DNA of 63,215 bases, the filler included, from Perkinsus chesapeaki ATCC PRA-425 (taxonomy: Eukaryota; Protista; Perkinsozoa): the NCBI GenBank assembly GCA_013115145.1. It is 6 parts of 6 records of this genome, joined end to end, with 100 filler letters (N's around TTAATTAATTAA, not from the genome) between each part and the next. Parts side by side here need not be neighbours in the genome. Positions count along the whole stretch, not along the records: positions 1 to 28,312 come from JAAPAO010000476.1; positions 28,413 to 57,072 come from JAAPAO010000468.1; 4 more parts are not named here. One strand, given 5' to 3'. This document shows positions 24,201 to 35,878 of this stretch, in pieces. How positions within the stretch are numbered: position 1 is the stretch's first letter; every line of letters starts with the position of its first letter. Under the pieces are notes generated by a model. That model was not told where the DNA came from. It searched no databases and worked only from the letters and a program-made list of their open reading frames with translations. A program made the position numbers and the translations under genes.

Positions 24201-24259
24201 AGTGGTACCAAGTGGTGGTGGCGTGGATACTGACGCTGATACTGCCAGTATCATACTGA
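21227..24259 (+). CDS. UNC93-like MFS membrane protein (5' end uncertain)
   Basis: Exons GLSNMVLQGGFKAAGTLEATINGDLAFLGNAIL, SWVIYLIGSTMVGLGAPLVWIP, LAPSIIVNGMVLGFLFGDFGKFFVSPTLG, LLAIGDSAYESQLPAAVQ..AGYANF and a final TM follow the order of UNC93A motifs (GLGAAPLW, SGFEQAFLSGDY, ADAVWQTQ, AAFANY). Middle exons were not fully resolved. Confidence 0.65.
22299..22337. repeat. Perfect inverted repeat, 19-bp arms with 1-nt spacer
   Basis: ACCGAAGACAAACCAACGA-A-TCGTTGGTTTGTCTTCGGT, preceded by ATTCGTTG-C-CAACGAAT (22278-22294). Confidence 0.95.
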
Positions 24260-25160
24260 TGAGAGAACGACGAACTCCACCGTGTATTCGGTCTTCGACC
24301 CGAATCGACCCAGAGATCTCTGGGGTTTCTCAGCCTGCTCTTGGGATTCTCAAGAGTGGCGTCCTTCAGAGATGTTCCTTATGGACGCGGAAGAGCACTA
24401 TGCTCAGTGTCACTCTAGACACTCTTGGGGCTCTTTTTCTTCGGTCGCAACTTAGGCGAAGCCTGAGTAATTCTGGAGTCGAAAGAGTTCGCGGTTTCTG
24501 TTTTACCGTAAAACTTTTGCTGGAAGATGGCATCAAGTCTAATCCCGTGGGACGAGTTCTGCGCAGCAGAGTACTGCCAGTAGTCCGCCGGGTTCTCGTG
24601 GAAGGCATAGCGATGGAACCGCGGGTATCTTCTGTACCCTCAAGACCTTCTAATGCAATGCTTGCATGGCGGAACCAGCGGTTGGTACTTTCTTAGTAGC
24701 TTGGTAAGGAGTGTAACACCCAACTGTGCTGCTCTATTCTTCCTAAAGATAGGGTTTGGAGCTTGCCAAATGCGACTGGAAACCACTTGAGTTTCCTGAG
24801 ACGAGAGTTCTCCGTCATGTGAGATATATTCGCTGCTGTGAGCTCATTCACAATCCAGCACAATTGGATCAAGTCAATTGAACTTGTCCATGAGTCATCG
24901 ATGATGACACTATTGGTCTATAGTGTAGACGTATCTTTCTTGGTCACCATTGGTGACTCACCAATAATTGGTTGGTTCGCGCGGACATCAGACAAATGAC
25001 GATAATACGAACATGGAGTGGAATCCACTCAGTGGATGGCCGATTACTTGGTGGCGAATCACGAATGGTGATTCACAATGGTCGAGGCAGTTGGTTAGCT
25101 ATCATAACTAGTCATTCACCCGCTCTCTTCGATTTACAAACCGATCACTGATCGGATCGA

Positions 25161-25191
25161 CGCCGATCATACGACGGTCGTATGATCGGCG
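25161..25191. repeat. Perfect inverted repeat, 15-bp arms with 1-nt spacer
   Basis: CGCCGATCATACGAC-G-GTCGTATGATCGGCG, preceded by CCGATCA-C-TGATCGG (25141-25155). Confidence 0.95.
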
Positions 25192-25599
25192 ATCAGGGCG
25201 ACATGGATTATAGCGGGGATTCTCCCGAGTTTCCATGGTCCCTTTTCTAGCACCTTTGATTCAAAGCTGTGAACCAGAGGCTTTGAACCCATTTGAGGGT
25301 AATCAGTGATAGTGGGGCGTCAATGAACAGTGATGAAGGGACGGCAGTTAACGTTTCCTCAGTGACCGTGTTCCTGATTGTCCTCTTTGGCTTCTACTAG
25401 GAGCCATCTGGTGAGCCATGCACATCCGTCAGAGTAAAAACAGCGAAATTCCTGAATTTACGCCTGCTTCCACGGTAATGGAATTGTGACAATTTGCATG
25501 GATCATGCGTCCAATTCAGATTATTCATCTCTGTCAGTTTGCACATCACAGCAAACGCTAATTACAAGGCCGCACAGTCCTGGGGTTTCCTCCTACAGT

Positions 25600-26490
25600 T
25601 CGCCATTGATGTCATTTTCGAGAAAGTTGGCGGAGTTAACCCTGTCGTGCCCGCGTCTATCGTTCTGGTAAACCTCTGATGTGCGTGAGTGTTCCCGTGA
25701 TTCTTGACTCTGAAATTCGTTTTCCTCCGACTGAAGTTCGTTTTCCGCCGACTACCAGGTTCTTAACGATATTCGGGCCTACGCATTTTGTCATCTGGAG
25801 AGATTAGTTTCTTTTAGAGCCGAACTGAATATCTGGGTTTGCCTTCGTGCGGTATACCGTAAGAAACTCCTCATTTGCGTGAACTACGACAAAATTCATA
25901 TGAATGAAACGGTTGATCGATTTGTCACTGGAGTAACTCGACATGCGGGAGCATAGTTATATTTATCAGAATCCCGTTCGACTTTTAGTATTATAGCAAC
26001 TTTCTGCCTTACAGTACTATCATCTTTGCTATAATTATTCAATCAATAATGATATCCTCGTTTTTTTCTTCCAACTTGTATCCCATTCCAGGCACTATTG
26101 CTTATTTCCTACATTCCCCTCCGGTCTAGTGAGGCACTATGTTGCGATATAACTTCTTTAACTAATATTCAACCCAGTGGTCGAAGGATCTCTGATCGCC
26201 GTAGAAGCAGTTCTTGCAGCATGCCGAGTGCGGTTGGCGATCGAAGGTCTTCGCTCGGCTCACTTGAGGTGATTGAAGAACCTCACTTGAGTGAAGGTAA
26301 ACTCTACCTGTGTTAAGTTTCTTTCGCATTTACTGTCCTTCAGAACACGACCGGTCTGCTGCTGGCACTGGGTCCATGGGGCGTCAGAGCAACGGAAGGC
26401 GCTCGAGGTGAGGAGTTGGTCGCTCAATTCAGCCGCATAGCTCGCGCTACGGTGCTTGGGGATTGCGAGAATGAAACGAATTTCTGTCAT
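25600..26490 (-). CDS. Possible hypothetical multi-exon gene
   Basis: MTEIRFILAIPKHRSASYAAEL... splices in frame (GTAAAT..ACACAG) to RVYLHSSEVLQSPQ..CCKNCFYGDQRSFDHW. No family recognised. Confidence 0.25.
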
Positions 26491-28312
26491 CTTTCAGCGT
26501 CCGTGTCCGAGAGATTGCGAAGAATTAAGATTTTCGCAGCGCACTTTCAGTCTCGCTTTGTTCACATGTTATGATTGCTGTTATTGTCCTTTGTAAAGCT
26601 TCAGCAGAACGACACCGCTGGACCGTTCTTTTTCGCGGAAATGTCATTTTTCCAGGATTTCTTACGTGACTTTTCGGCCGTGGACAAAACATTTCGTAGC
26701 CGAAGGCATATTCCAGTTGATGACAATTCGGGTTTCCAAAACCCGAAAACCCAAATTGCTAAATATTTCTTGAATAGTTTTTTTGCAGCGTCCCCTTCGT
26801 GAATTCGTCATCGTTCCTGGACAGCAGTCTGATCAACACACAGTACCGTTACGAGCTTGACCGCTGCGCCGCTTAATTCCTAATTTTCTAAGACTCCTCA
26901 TCTCTATTCTCCTTCACATGTTTCTTCCAGGAAGACTCTTTTGCGTTCTAGTTCGGTTGGGAATGTAAATCAGTTTTCGTAGTTGACCGGCGGAAAATGT
27001 CAACTCTCAATCCGTTTTTTCGTGCAAGTCTGCCAACTTTTGCGCGAAAATTCGGTCAGAGATTTTGTGCGTCCGTAGCTGCTGCCGGTCGAGGGAATGA
27101 GTTCACGTTGCCCCAGATCCTGGGGACAGTGTAAGTGGTGGTCACAAATGCGTGGCTTTCTCGAATTGCCTTCCAGAAATTGTGTGACATTGAAAAATCT
27201 GAGGGTGAGAATTTGCACTAGTGTAAGTAGGTGTTTTGGTGGCGCTTTCTGTCTCTCATTGGGAGATTTGACAACCTTATAGATTTTGCTGGTACAAGAT
27301 ACTGTCTCTCCGCTGTAGGGTTGAGCCTAATTGAGAGTGAGCGGACTCCAATTCGACCTGCCATCTACCTGTTCAGAGGAATTCTTCTTACGAAAAATCG
27401 ATATTGGTGAAGTCCTCGCAAAATTCCCCGCATTTGAGTGACTGACAAAAGAATTAGCAGGGCAGCTCGGGTAGCGTTAACTTTATTACTTCGCCCATGC
27501 TGGTCGAAAAACCGGCCTTAAGAGACTGTTTATCACCCCAACTCAACTCACAAAGAGCTACTACAGATTAGCAGTACTTGTTAGGTTAGCAGTCAGCTAG
27601 CTAATACTGCACAAGATACGGGGCAGTACAGGCTTTTCACTTGACTGCTCCACAGGTACCTGAATGATGCGATTTCAAGTAGGCATTTACCTGGTATAAA
27701 GGAATGGATTGAAGGCTCAGATTGTTTGAGAAATACGTAAGCAAAATACATTGAAATTGAGACGGACGAACAAGTAATTTAGATCTCCCCCGGGGGCGCT
27801 TTCATTGAAAAACCTTTGCCAAGGCAGTCTCGAAGAGTACTACTTGACCTTAACGAGACGGCCACGGCTGTCATTGGCGCAAGAATGACCGACGACGACC
27901 TTCACAATGACAACAGGTTGCCCCTCTGATAGTTAATTTCTCCTTTGAAGACATTTGAAATATTCAGTGCTTCGCTCCGCTAGGTTTTATAGCTGGAAAG
28001 ATGAAATTTTACTGTCGGATATAAACGCAAAGTTAAAATGGAGAATTTTGGATCATTTTTATAATAAAGTCTTTCCTATCAGAGTAGCGTGTTCGTGCAG
28101 GTATGGCCATACATTGAATTTGCTGCAGATAAGAATGCCTAAAGATAAGGATGATGCTGGTGAGGGTGGAATGCGTCCATTTCAGCCATATTCCCAAATG
28201 GAACGGACAAGGCATTTATTGTTGGCGACCAACTTTCCGCACTAGTAACATATTTCCTATCAAACTCCTTTCTATTATATCTCCTCTTCCGTATCACTAG
28301 TAACATATTTCC

Positions 28313-28412
28313 NNNNNNNNNNNNNNNNNNNNNNNNNNNNNNNNNNNNNNNNNNNNTTAATTAATTAANNNNNNNNNNNNNNNNNNNNNNNNNNNNNNNN
28401 NNNNNNNNNNNN
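28313..28412. other. Assembly gap with stop-codon linker
   Basis: N-run with central TTAATTAATTAA. Confidence 0.98.
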
Positions 28413-28954
28413 GAAAGAAAGTGGCCAGGGAAGAAAAAATGTGGCCAGAAGTAGAAAAATTTGTGGCTCGCGCGAAGATGACGCGACAATGATGCACTGA
28501 GCTCAGTCTCGGTCCTAGCCCTCTGGGATACGGGAGCATCTGGTACGTTTGTCCGCGTTGATGTCTTGGAGAGATTGGCACATAAAGCTGGTCTCCGTTT
28601 TGACAAACCAGTTAAACCCGGTCGCGCTAGGGGGGCTACTCTGGCAGATAGTCAGACTCAGATGCAGTTGTTGGGAGTTACGTCTATCTCCCTAAGTTCT
28701 CCCAGATCTTCGGCCGTCGTAGACGCCTATGTTACGGAACAACTTTCTTACCCCGGACCGGAATGCGCACAGGTTGGGACCGGTGGGCTTTTGTTGGTGT
28801 GTAACTCAGTGGAAAAAAATCCGCAGGCACGACAATAAAACTGCAGTAAAAATATACCAACCGGGGTTCGAACCTAAGACCTTCTCTTGTCCTCTCACGT
28901 CTCCCTCATTGTAGGTAGGCCGGTGATAGATATTGCCTTGGTTGTTTATATCAC

Positions 28955-30657
28955 ATGACATCTTCATTATCACCTACTATAGCATCATCGACATCTATGA
29001 TGCTTAATAGGGTTAATATTATATATTTATTTATTAACCCTATAAGTGGTGGTACAGCAGCATCAGAATACCTTACTCTTGGTTTACAATATATGAAATT
29101 TAGAAAGGATAAATTAATAGATGACACTGATGTAATAGTATATAATATCTATAATACTATATATAATAGGTATATATATATGATATACGGGAAGGAGTAT
29201 CAGGTAATAAACCACCATTTATTAAATTATATCAACATATCAATAATACCGTACTCAACAACAATCCTATAAGGGTTATAGTGGCGGGTGGTGATGGTAC
29301 TATAATGTGGTTTTTAGATGAAGTAATATATTAATATTTATAATAACTATATCATTTTAGGCTATTAAACATGGTATCAATACAGATAATATTGCTATTG
29401 GTGTTATACCATTTGGTAATATGGTTATTATCATATAGTCTATAATAGAGATGTTAAGGTACTGCCAATGACTTCTCTAGAACTCTAGGATGGGGTTCTG
29501 GGCCACCTAGAGTCATATTTGGTAAGCATTTATATTCATTTAAGAATATGATAAAGGAATGGTGTAAGGCTGTTATAATACCATATGATATATGGGAAGT
29601 AATATAGGATAATATTCATATGTTAAAAATTGTATACTTTAGTTAGAGGTTAAATGTACAGCTAATGGATCTATACAACAAATCAAAGGATCTATAAAAA
29701 CACCATTAAAAAAGGATAATAGCCCAGAAGGGGAGGTATATAGTAATATATACCATATAATACAGTACATTATTAGATACTTAGAAGTATTGTTAAACCG
29801 ATATGTAACTATTTTAGTATTGGGGTTGAATCAAGAGTTGGTTTGGGGTTTGATAAACATAGAACTAAAAGTAAATTCCTAAATAAAGCAGTGTAATAAT
29901 GAAGATATGGTATATGAATATTATTAATATTATAGATATGTGGTAGAAGGAACTAAGAAAATAACATTTACCAAAACTCCTAATATACCCAGTTTGATAC
30001 AGTGTGCTAAGGAAGCTGATGGTAATAATGATATTATATTTACCAGTAAAGTTAATGAAGATAAAGCATTTAAAGGTGGTTATACTTGGTAGGGTAATAG
30101 GTAATGGTATAATGTTGTTGATTATAGGTAAACCAGTGAGTATTATAATGTTGAATATACCATCAATAATGGGAGGATGTGATCTATGGTCAAAGTGTAA
30201 TAAAATGGGGACAATCAATAATGATGGGGATAATACAGCTGTATTAGAGGGACAACAGGTATTAAATAATAATATAGATATATAATGTAATGAATAGGAT
30301 CCTGGAGATGGCACTTTTGAAATGTTATCATATAATACGTTATTTGCTTTATCTGCGGAACAACTACGAATACCTCCATTTAGCGGTAATGGTAAAAGGT
30401 TATACCAAGTAATACGGATAGAGTATTATATTTGATAATGTTGGTGTTATTATTATTAGGGTAAAGGACCAATAGATATATGTTTTAAAAGCAACCTAAA
30501 TGATAGTATTAAAACATACTTTCAAGTTGATGGTGAATATTTTATGTGTAAACATCCTAATACTATGACAATACGGTAATAATATATTATTAACATATCC
30601 AATACTGTCATTATTATCAGGCATAAAACCAAAATACAAGTCCTCAAAAGACAATAA
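28955..30657 (+). CDS. Diacylglycerol kinase-like, copy 1
   Basis: Spliced motifs YLFINPISGG, RVIVAGGDGTIMW, IGVIPFG|TANDFSRTLGW, CNYFSIGVESRVGLGF, MLNIPSIMGGCDLW, DPGDG, YFQVDGEY. Catalytic and accessory domains only. Confidence 0.9.
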
Positions 30658-30891
30658 TAATAGTAGTAAAGTAGTAATAATCCTTATGGATTATAGTATA
30701 TTAATAATAATATTAAACCACCACCACTTTGTGGTATATCACACTACATATGAAATAATAATAATAGCATGTCTATCTTGCAGTAGTCGACGGTTTTACC
30801 TCATCTATGACAAGTTTCATCATTATATGTTTTTTACATTGTTAATAATGACCTCTCAATAACTCAACTCTATATTAGACCTTGTTTTTAC

Positions 30892-32775
30892 ATGGCGACT
30901 GTTCCTGCTACAGCACCTCCCATCACAGTGGGTAATAGGAAGAAAGTGGCATCATCATCAAGAGCTGCTGAGAAGTATCTTAGTACAAAAGAGGGCTTAC
31001 AGGTGATGTTAATGTTGAAGGTGGTGTGTTATATTATGAGTAGTAATGTGTGTACATATAGGCACCAAGCTACCCTAATGTTTATATATTCGTAAATCCA
31101 ACATCGGGGGGTAATAAAGCTGGAGAACTAATGAAACTGGGAATGGAAAGGATGTCATTTCAAGAACCTGGTCTAGAAGCTGATGTACGAAGTGAATCCT
31201 AAAAAACATATATAACATATATTAGATAATAGGTATCAATATTTGATATTAGAGAAGGCCCATCAGGTGAAAAACCGGCATTTATACAACTTAGAGATTA
31301 TTTAAATACTCTACCCTCAAATGGTGGTGATTATGTAAGAGTAGTAGCAGCTGGTGGAGATGGTACTGTTATGTGGTTATTACAAGAGCTAATAATGCAT
31401 GGAATTAATACTGATAGGGTATCAATAGGTATAATACCATTTGGTACTGGTAATGACTTCTCAAGGTAATAATATTAGTGAGGAGGTTATTTAAAACAGT
31501 GGCATGATCATTATGCTCTTAGGGCTACAGGATGGGGTGCCACAGCCCCATCTGGCTTCCCTGGATCTAGATTAGATGGTCTTAGGAAATGGCTTAAACA
31601 TTGGTTAACAGCTGAAGTGAAGAAATTTGATATATGGAAGGTAGTAACGGTGTTGTGATAGGGTGGTGGTTATTGGTTATATAGATTGAGGTAACATTAC
31701 AAGAGGATGGTGGTGTTATATATCAACTTAAAGATGGTAAAAAGGTACCTATAACCGAGAATGATGAACAGGTAATAATATATTTTAATATTATTATTAT
31801 TGGTGTAATTCTCATTTTAGGGTAATCCTACAGATCGTTTAGTTAAATGCCTTTCCAAACCGATGTGTAATTATTTCTCAACCGGGGTTGAATCTAGATT
31901 AGGTTTAGGATTTGATAGGCATAGAAAGAAGAACCCAATAGCTAATAAATTAGTGTAATAATAATAACAACAGGAATCTATACGGCTTAACCCTTTAGTA
32001 TTATTAATGCTAGGTATGGTGTTGAAGGTACTAAAAAAATGTTATTTAAAAAGACACCTAAAATAGATGATACTATAGATAGGGTTATGGTAATATTGAT
32101 AATAATGGGTTGGTAGTAGTAGTAGAATGTGCTTATTATTAGGATATTTCTGGAACATCAACATCATCAAATGAAGATGTAATATTCCAAACAAGCTCTA
32201 AGAATGGAGATAAATTTATAGAGGGTAATAGTAATATCATCATATAGTAGAATATTGGTATTATAATAATAGGTAATCCTGTATCATTAATAGCGGTTAA
32301 TATACCATCGTTTGCTAGTGGATGTAATGTGTGGGGAATGGCTAAGAAATTAGCTATAAAAGGAGAGGATAAAGTATAATAGTATGATAATATAAATTGA
32401 TAATTATTATATTTATTAGGGTATATTACAAGCTAAACAAGATATGGGAGATGGTAAAATAGAATTAGTATCATATAATAGTCTTATGGGGATGGGCATG
32501 GAACAATCACATGTAGCAATGATAAATATAATACATAATATATGTAAAACAATAATACTTGTTGTTGTTGTTATTAGGTATATCCATTAGCTGGTAATGG
32601 TTATAGAGTGTATCAAGGTAATGGTCCTATAGAAATACATTTTAAAGATGATTTAGCAAAGGATACAAGAATATATTATCAAATTGATGGGGAGTTTTAT
32701 ACATGTCGTAGACCTAATAAAATAATAATATCACATAAACAATCTATAAGAGTAATGGTTAATAATAATAAATAA
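30892..32775 (+). CDS. Diacylglycerol kinase-like, copy 2
   Basis: YIFVNPTSGG, VVAAGGDGTVMW, IIPFGTGNDFS, CNYFSTGVESRLGLGF, VNIPSFASG, YYQIDGEF. Confidence 0.92.
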
Positions 32776-33411
32776 TAATATGTATACTATTATATGATAC
32801 TATTACTGTTCTATTGCTGATAATATAATATACCCTACCCCTCACTGATGATAGTGTTCTTCTTCTTGTTTATACTTGCTACTGTTCAACGTAGTGTTTA
32901 TCATATTACTAGTGTTTAGTTAGTATAGTTTATTCATTATAACAGAGTGCCTACCATTATAACGGGGATCAATTTAGGGTTATAACCCCTTGAGCAATCG
33001 TGTGTTATCCGTGGGCTGCGGGGGGGGCGCACACAACCGTTGAGGTTCTTTCCATATTATTAAATATATAATCCTTCATACTTGGGAGGGGAAGGGCAAC
33101 AAAGAAAACAATATATTATAGTATTACCTGTTACTATAGTATACCAACAACACAATGTAGGGTATTTTTATAGTAGTAGTTATCAATCGAACTTGCTGCT
33201 CCAGCTTACCCCGCACAGGGAGCCCCCCCCCCGCACGGTGACACCGCCTCCACCATTCGGAGCTGCGGTTGTGGGGGTGACGTGGAGACTGTGTCACGTC
33301 GCCTCCTATCTTAAGGTTGGTTTATTAATAGCTTATAACCTGTCTATTATAGTGTAACAATAATGTGTACAGTGTAACAATTACTATATATATTATAGTT
33401 ACTATCCTTCA

Positions 33412-35448
33412 ATGGTGATGACTTCCCCTTGCCATGGTAAATATCGTGGTAGTACTAGTAGTACGACCAAACCTCATCATCGAATAACATCATCATTATA
33501 TATGATATTATTATTGATAACATTATTGCTGACTGATGGTGAATGTGCCGTTGATGAAAGGGAATTATCTAAAAAGAACAAAGATGTGGTAGTGATTATT
33601 ATTATGATAATAATAATTTGTCCAATGATCCCTATTAGATTGTTGATATCCCTTCTGATAGAGTGTATATATTTGTTAACCCACGATCTGGCGGACGTAA
33701 AGCAGGTGATTTATTAACCATACCAAATCCCTATGTATATAATAATATATCAGTAAGTATTAGTATTATTATAATAGGTATTATTATACATATATTAGGT
33801 TTATCGTTTAAATATATCTAATTATAATAAGGATGATAAAAAGTTATTTAAAGAATTCTATAAGAATATATCAAAGACGCCATCTAACATGTATACAAGG
33901 ATATTAGCTGCTGGTGGAGATGGTTCAGTTATGGGGACTGTTAATAGAGTAATAACACCAACAAACACTACTCTATGCTCAACTCTATTACCTTCAGTTA
34001 AGAGAAGCTGGTATAGATATGAATAAGATTACCTTTGGTCATATTCCATATGGTACCGGTAACGATTTTGCTAGGTAATACGTAATAGTATATATTAGTA
34101 TTATATATAGTTTTTCAGGGTCACTGGTTGGGGCACAACGCCACCAAGTCTACTTGGACATGATAATGAAGGTATAAATAAACTTATTACTAAATATATT
34201 AATGCTAAAGTTGATAACTTTGATTTATGGAAAGTAATATGAGTCCATTGTTAATTATAATAATACTATATCCTCTTTATTAGGTCACTTTTACTGTTGA
34301 CAAAAAGCTTGGTAGTTTCTGGAATGTTGTTGGTGGGAGTGATAATATGTTAGCTAAGGTAGTAATTGTAGTATTTAAATATTATATATTATTATTATTA
34401 CTTTCATCAATATAGCGTGGTAAACCGATACGTAAACTAGAGTTATCTATGATGAACTATTTCTCAATGGGTTTGGAATCTAAGATTGGTAGAGAGTTTG
34501 AAAGGCATCGAGGTTCAAGTCAGGTTGGGAATAAGATAAGGTAATAGTAGTAGGAGTAGTAGTAGTATTGTAAATATATAATTTATATAGTACTGTGTTA
34601 ATAGATATGCATGGGATGCTATACGTCAAATAGGTGAAGACTTCCCTATGGTTAAGGATTATATAAGTACTGTTAGGGTAGTAGTAGTATTATTATTATG
34701 ATATATAGTATTAATAATGGTTATAGGAAAAGACAAGAGACACTGAGCAAGAGTTAATCTTTCATACCGCTTATTGCCCTACAAATACAACAACAACTGA
34801 GGAGCAGGATGATGATGATGATGGAGATAGGAGGGGACTCAGAAGTGGAGGTAAAAGTGAGTATAAAGATATGTGTGGTCTACCGGAAGATAGATTATTA
34901 AATGGTAATAGTAGAATATAATTCACATTTATTATATTTACTTTATTATTAGATGATGCTGTATCACTTATTATGTTAAATATACCATCATTTGCCTCTA
35001 GTGGTGATATATGGGCTAGAGCTGATCATTGGTGGAATAGAGTATCAGTTAATGGTAGACCAAAGGTAGTAAATATTAATAATATTACAATAAATGATGG
35101 TATTCTGGATTATAGGATAAATTAAGCGGTAAAAGTAGTAGCTTTAGTGATGGTAAACTAGATCTATTAACATATAAAGATACACTTAGTTTTTATTTAG
35201 ATGTAATAATAATAATAATTACTGTATACTATTATTATGTCATTAACCTTGATCAGGTGGCTTTAAAACTTGGAAATGCAAGAAGGCTATATCAAGGGAA
35301 CGGTCCATTCGATATAACTTTTAAACAATCTACTAAGGATAAACGTTATTATACTTATATGCAAGTCGATGGAGAATATTATAAAGTATATAGCCCAACA
35401 AAAGCCACTGTTGCATTTGACCATAAAATAAAGGTTCTTGTTGCTTGA
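33412..35448 (+). CDS. Diacylglycerol kinase-like, copy 3, with signal peptide
   Basis: N-terminal MILLLITLLLTDGEC (ATG33502, or the upstream in-frame ATG33412), then YIFVNPRSGG, ILAAGGDGSV, IPYGTGNDFA, MNYFSMGLES, YMQVDGEY. Confidence 0.9.
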
Positions 35449-35878
35449 ATACTATCATCATCATCATCATCATCCTTTTCCATATGTCCTTTTATCACTC
35501 CCGTCACACGGGACTAGCCGTATTGCTGTATATGTTCTGTTGATAAGCAGTAGCATTAGCAATAACGGTTAACATCATCACTACCTTTTCGTACGGTTTT
35601 CTTACCAAACTTTTCAGTATATAAATAGTACTGAGTTTATACTAGTGGCATAAAGAAGCTTGATATAACTAGCCATAGTAGATAGCATCAGCAGTAGCAT
35701 CAGCTGCACGAGTATGGAATTTTAATTATGAAGGGGGCGAGCGCAGACTACATCAACTTATCGAGCAAAACACATTTCCATCCGATATATTACTTGTCGA
35801 CAAGTGCACAATTATAAGGTCATGCTAATGCTGCTGATGATGCTGTGCAGATTTATTACTTCCTGTATAAGAACTGCG

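Noticed and set aside
28357-28368. TTAATTAATTAA palindrome repeated five times, and ORFs ending in XXX…LIN
   Set aside because: Artificial scaffolding linker with stops in all frames, not biology.
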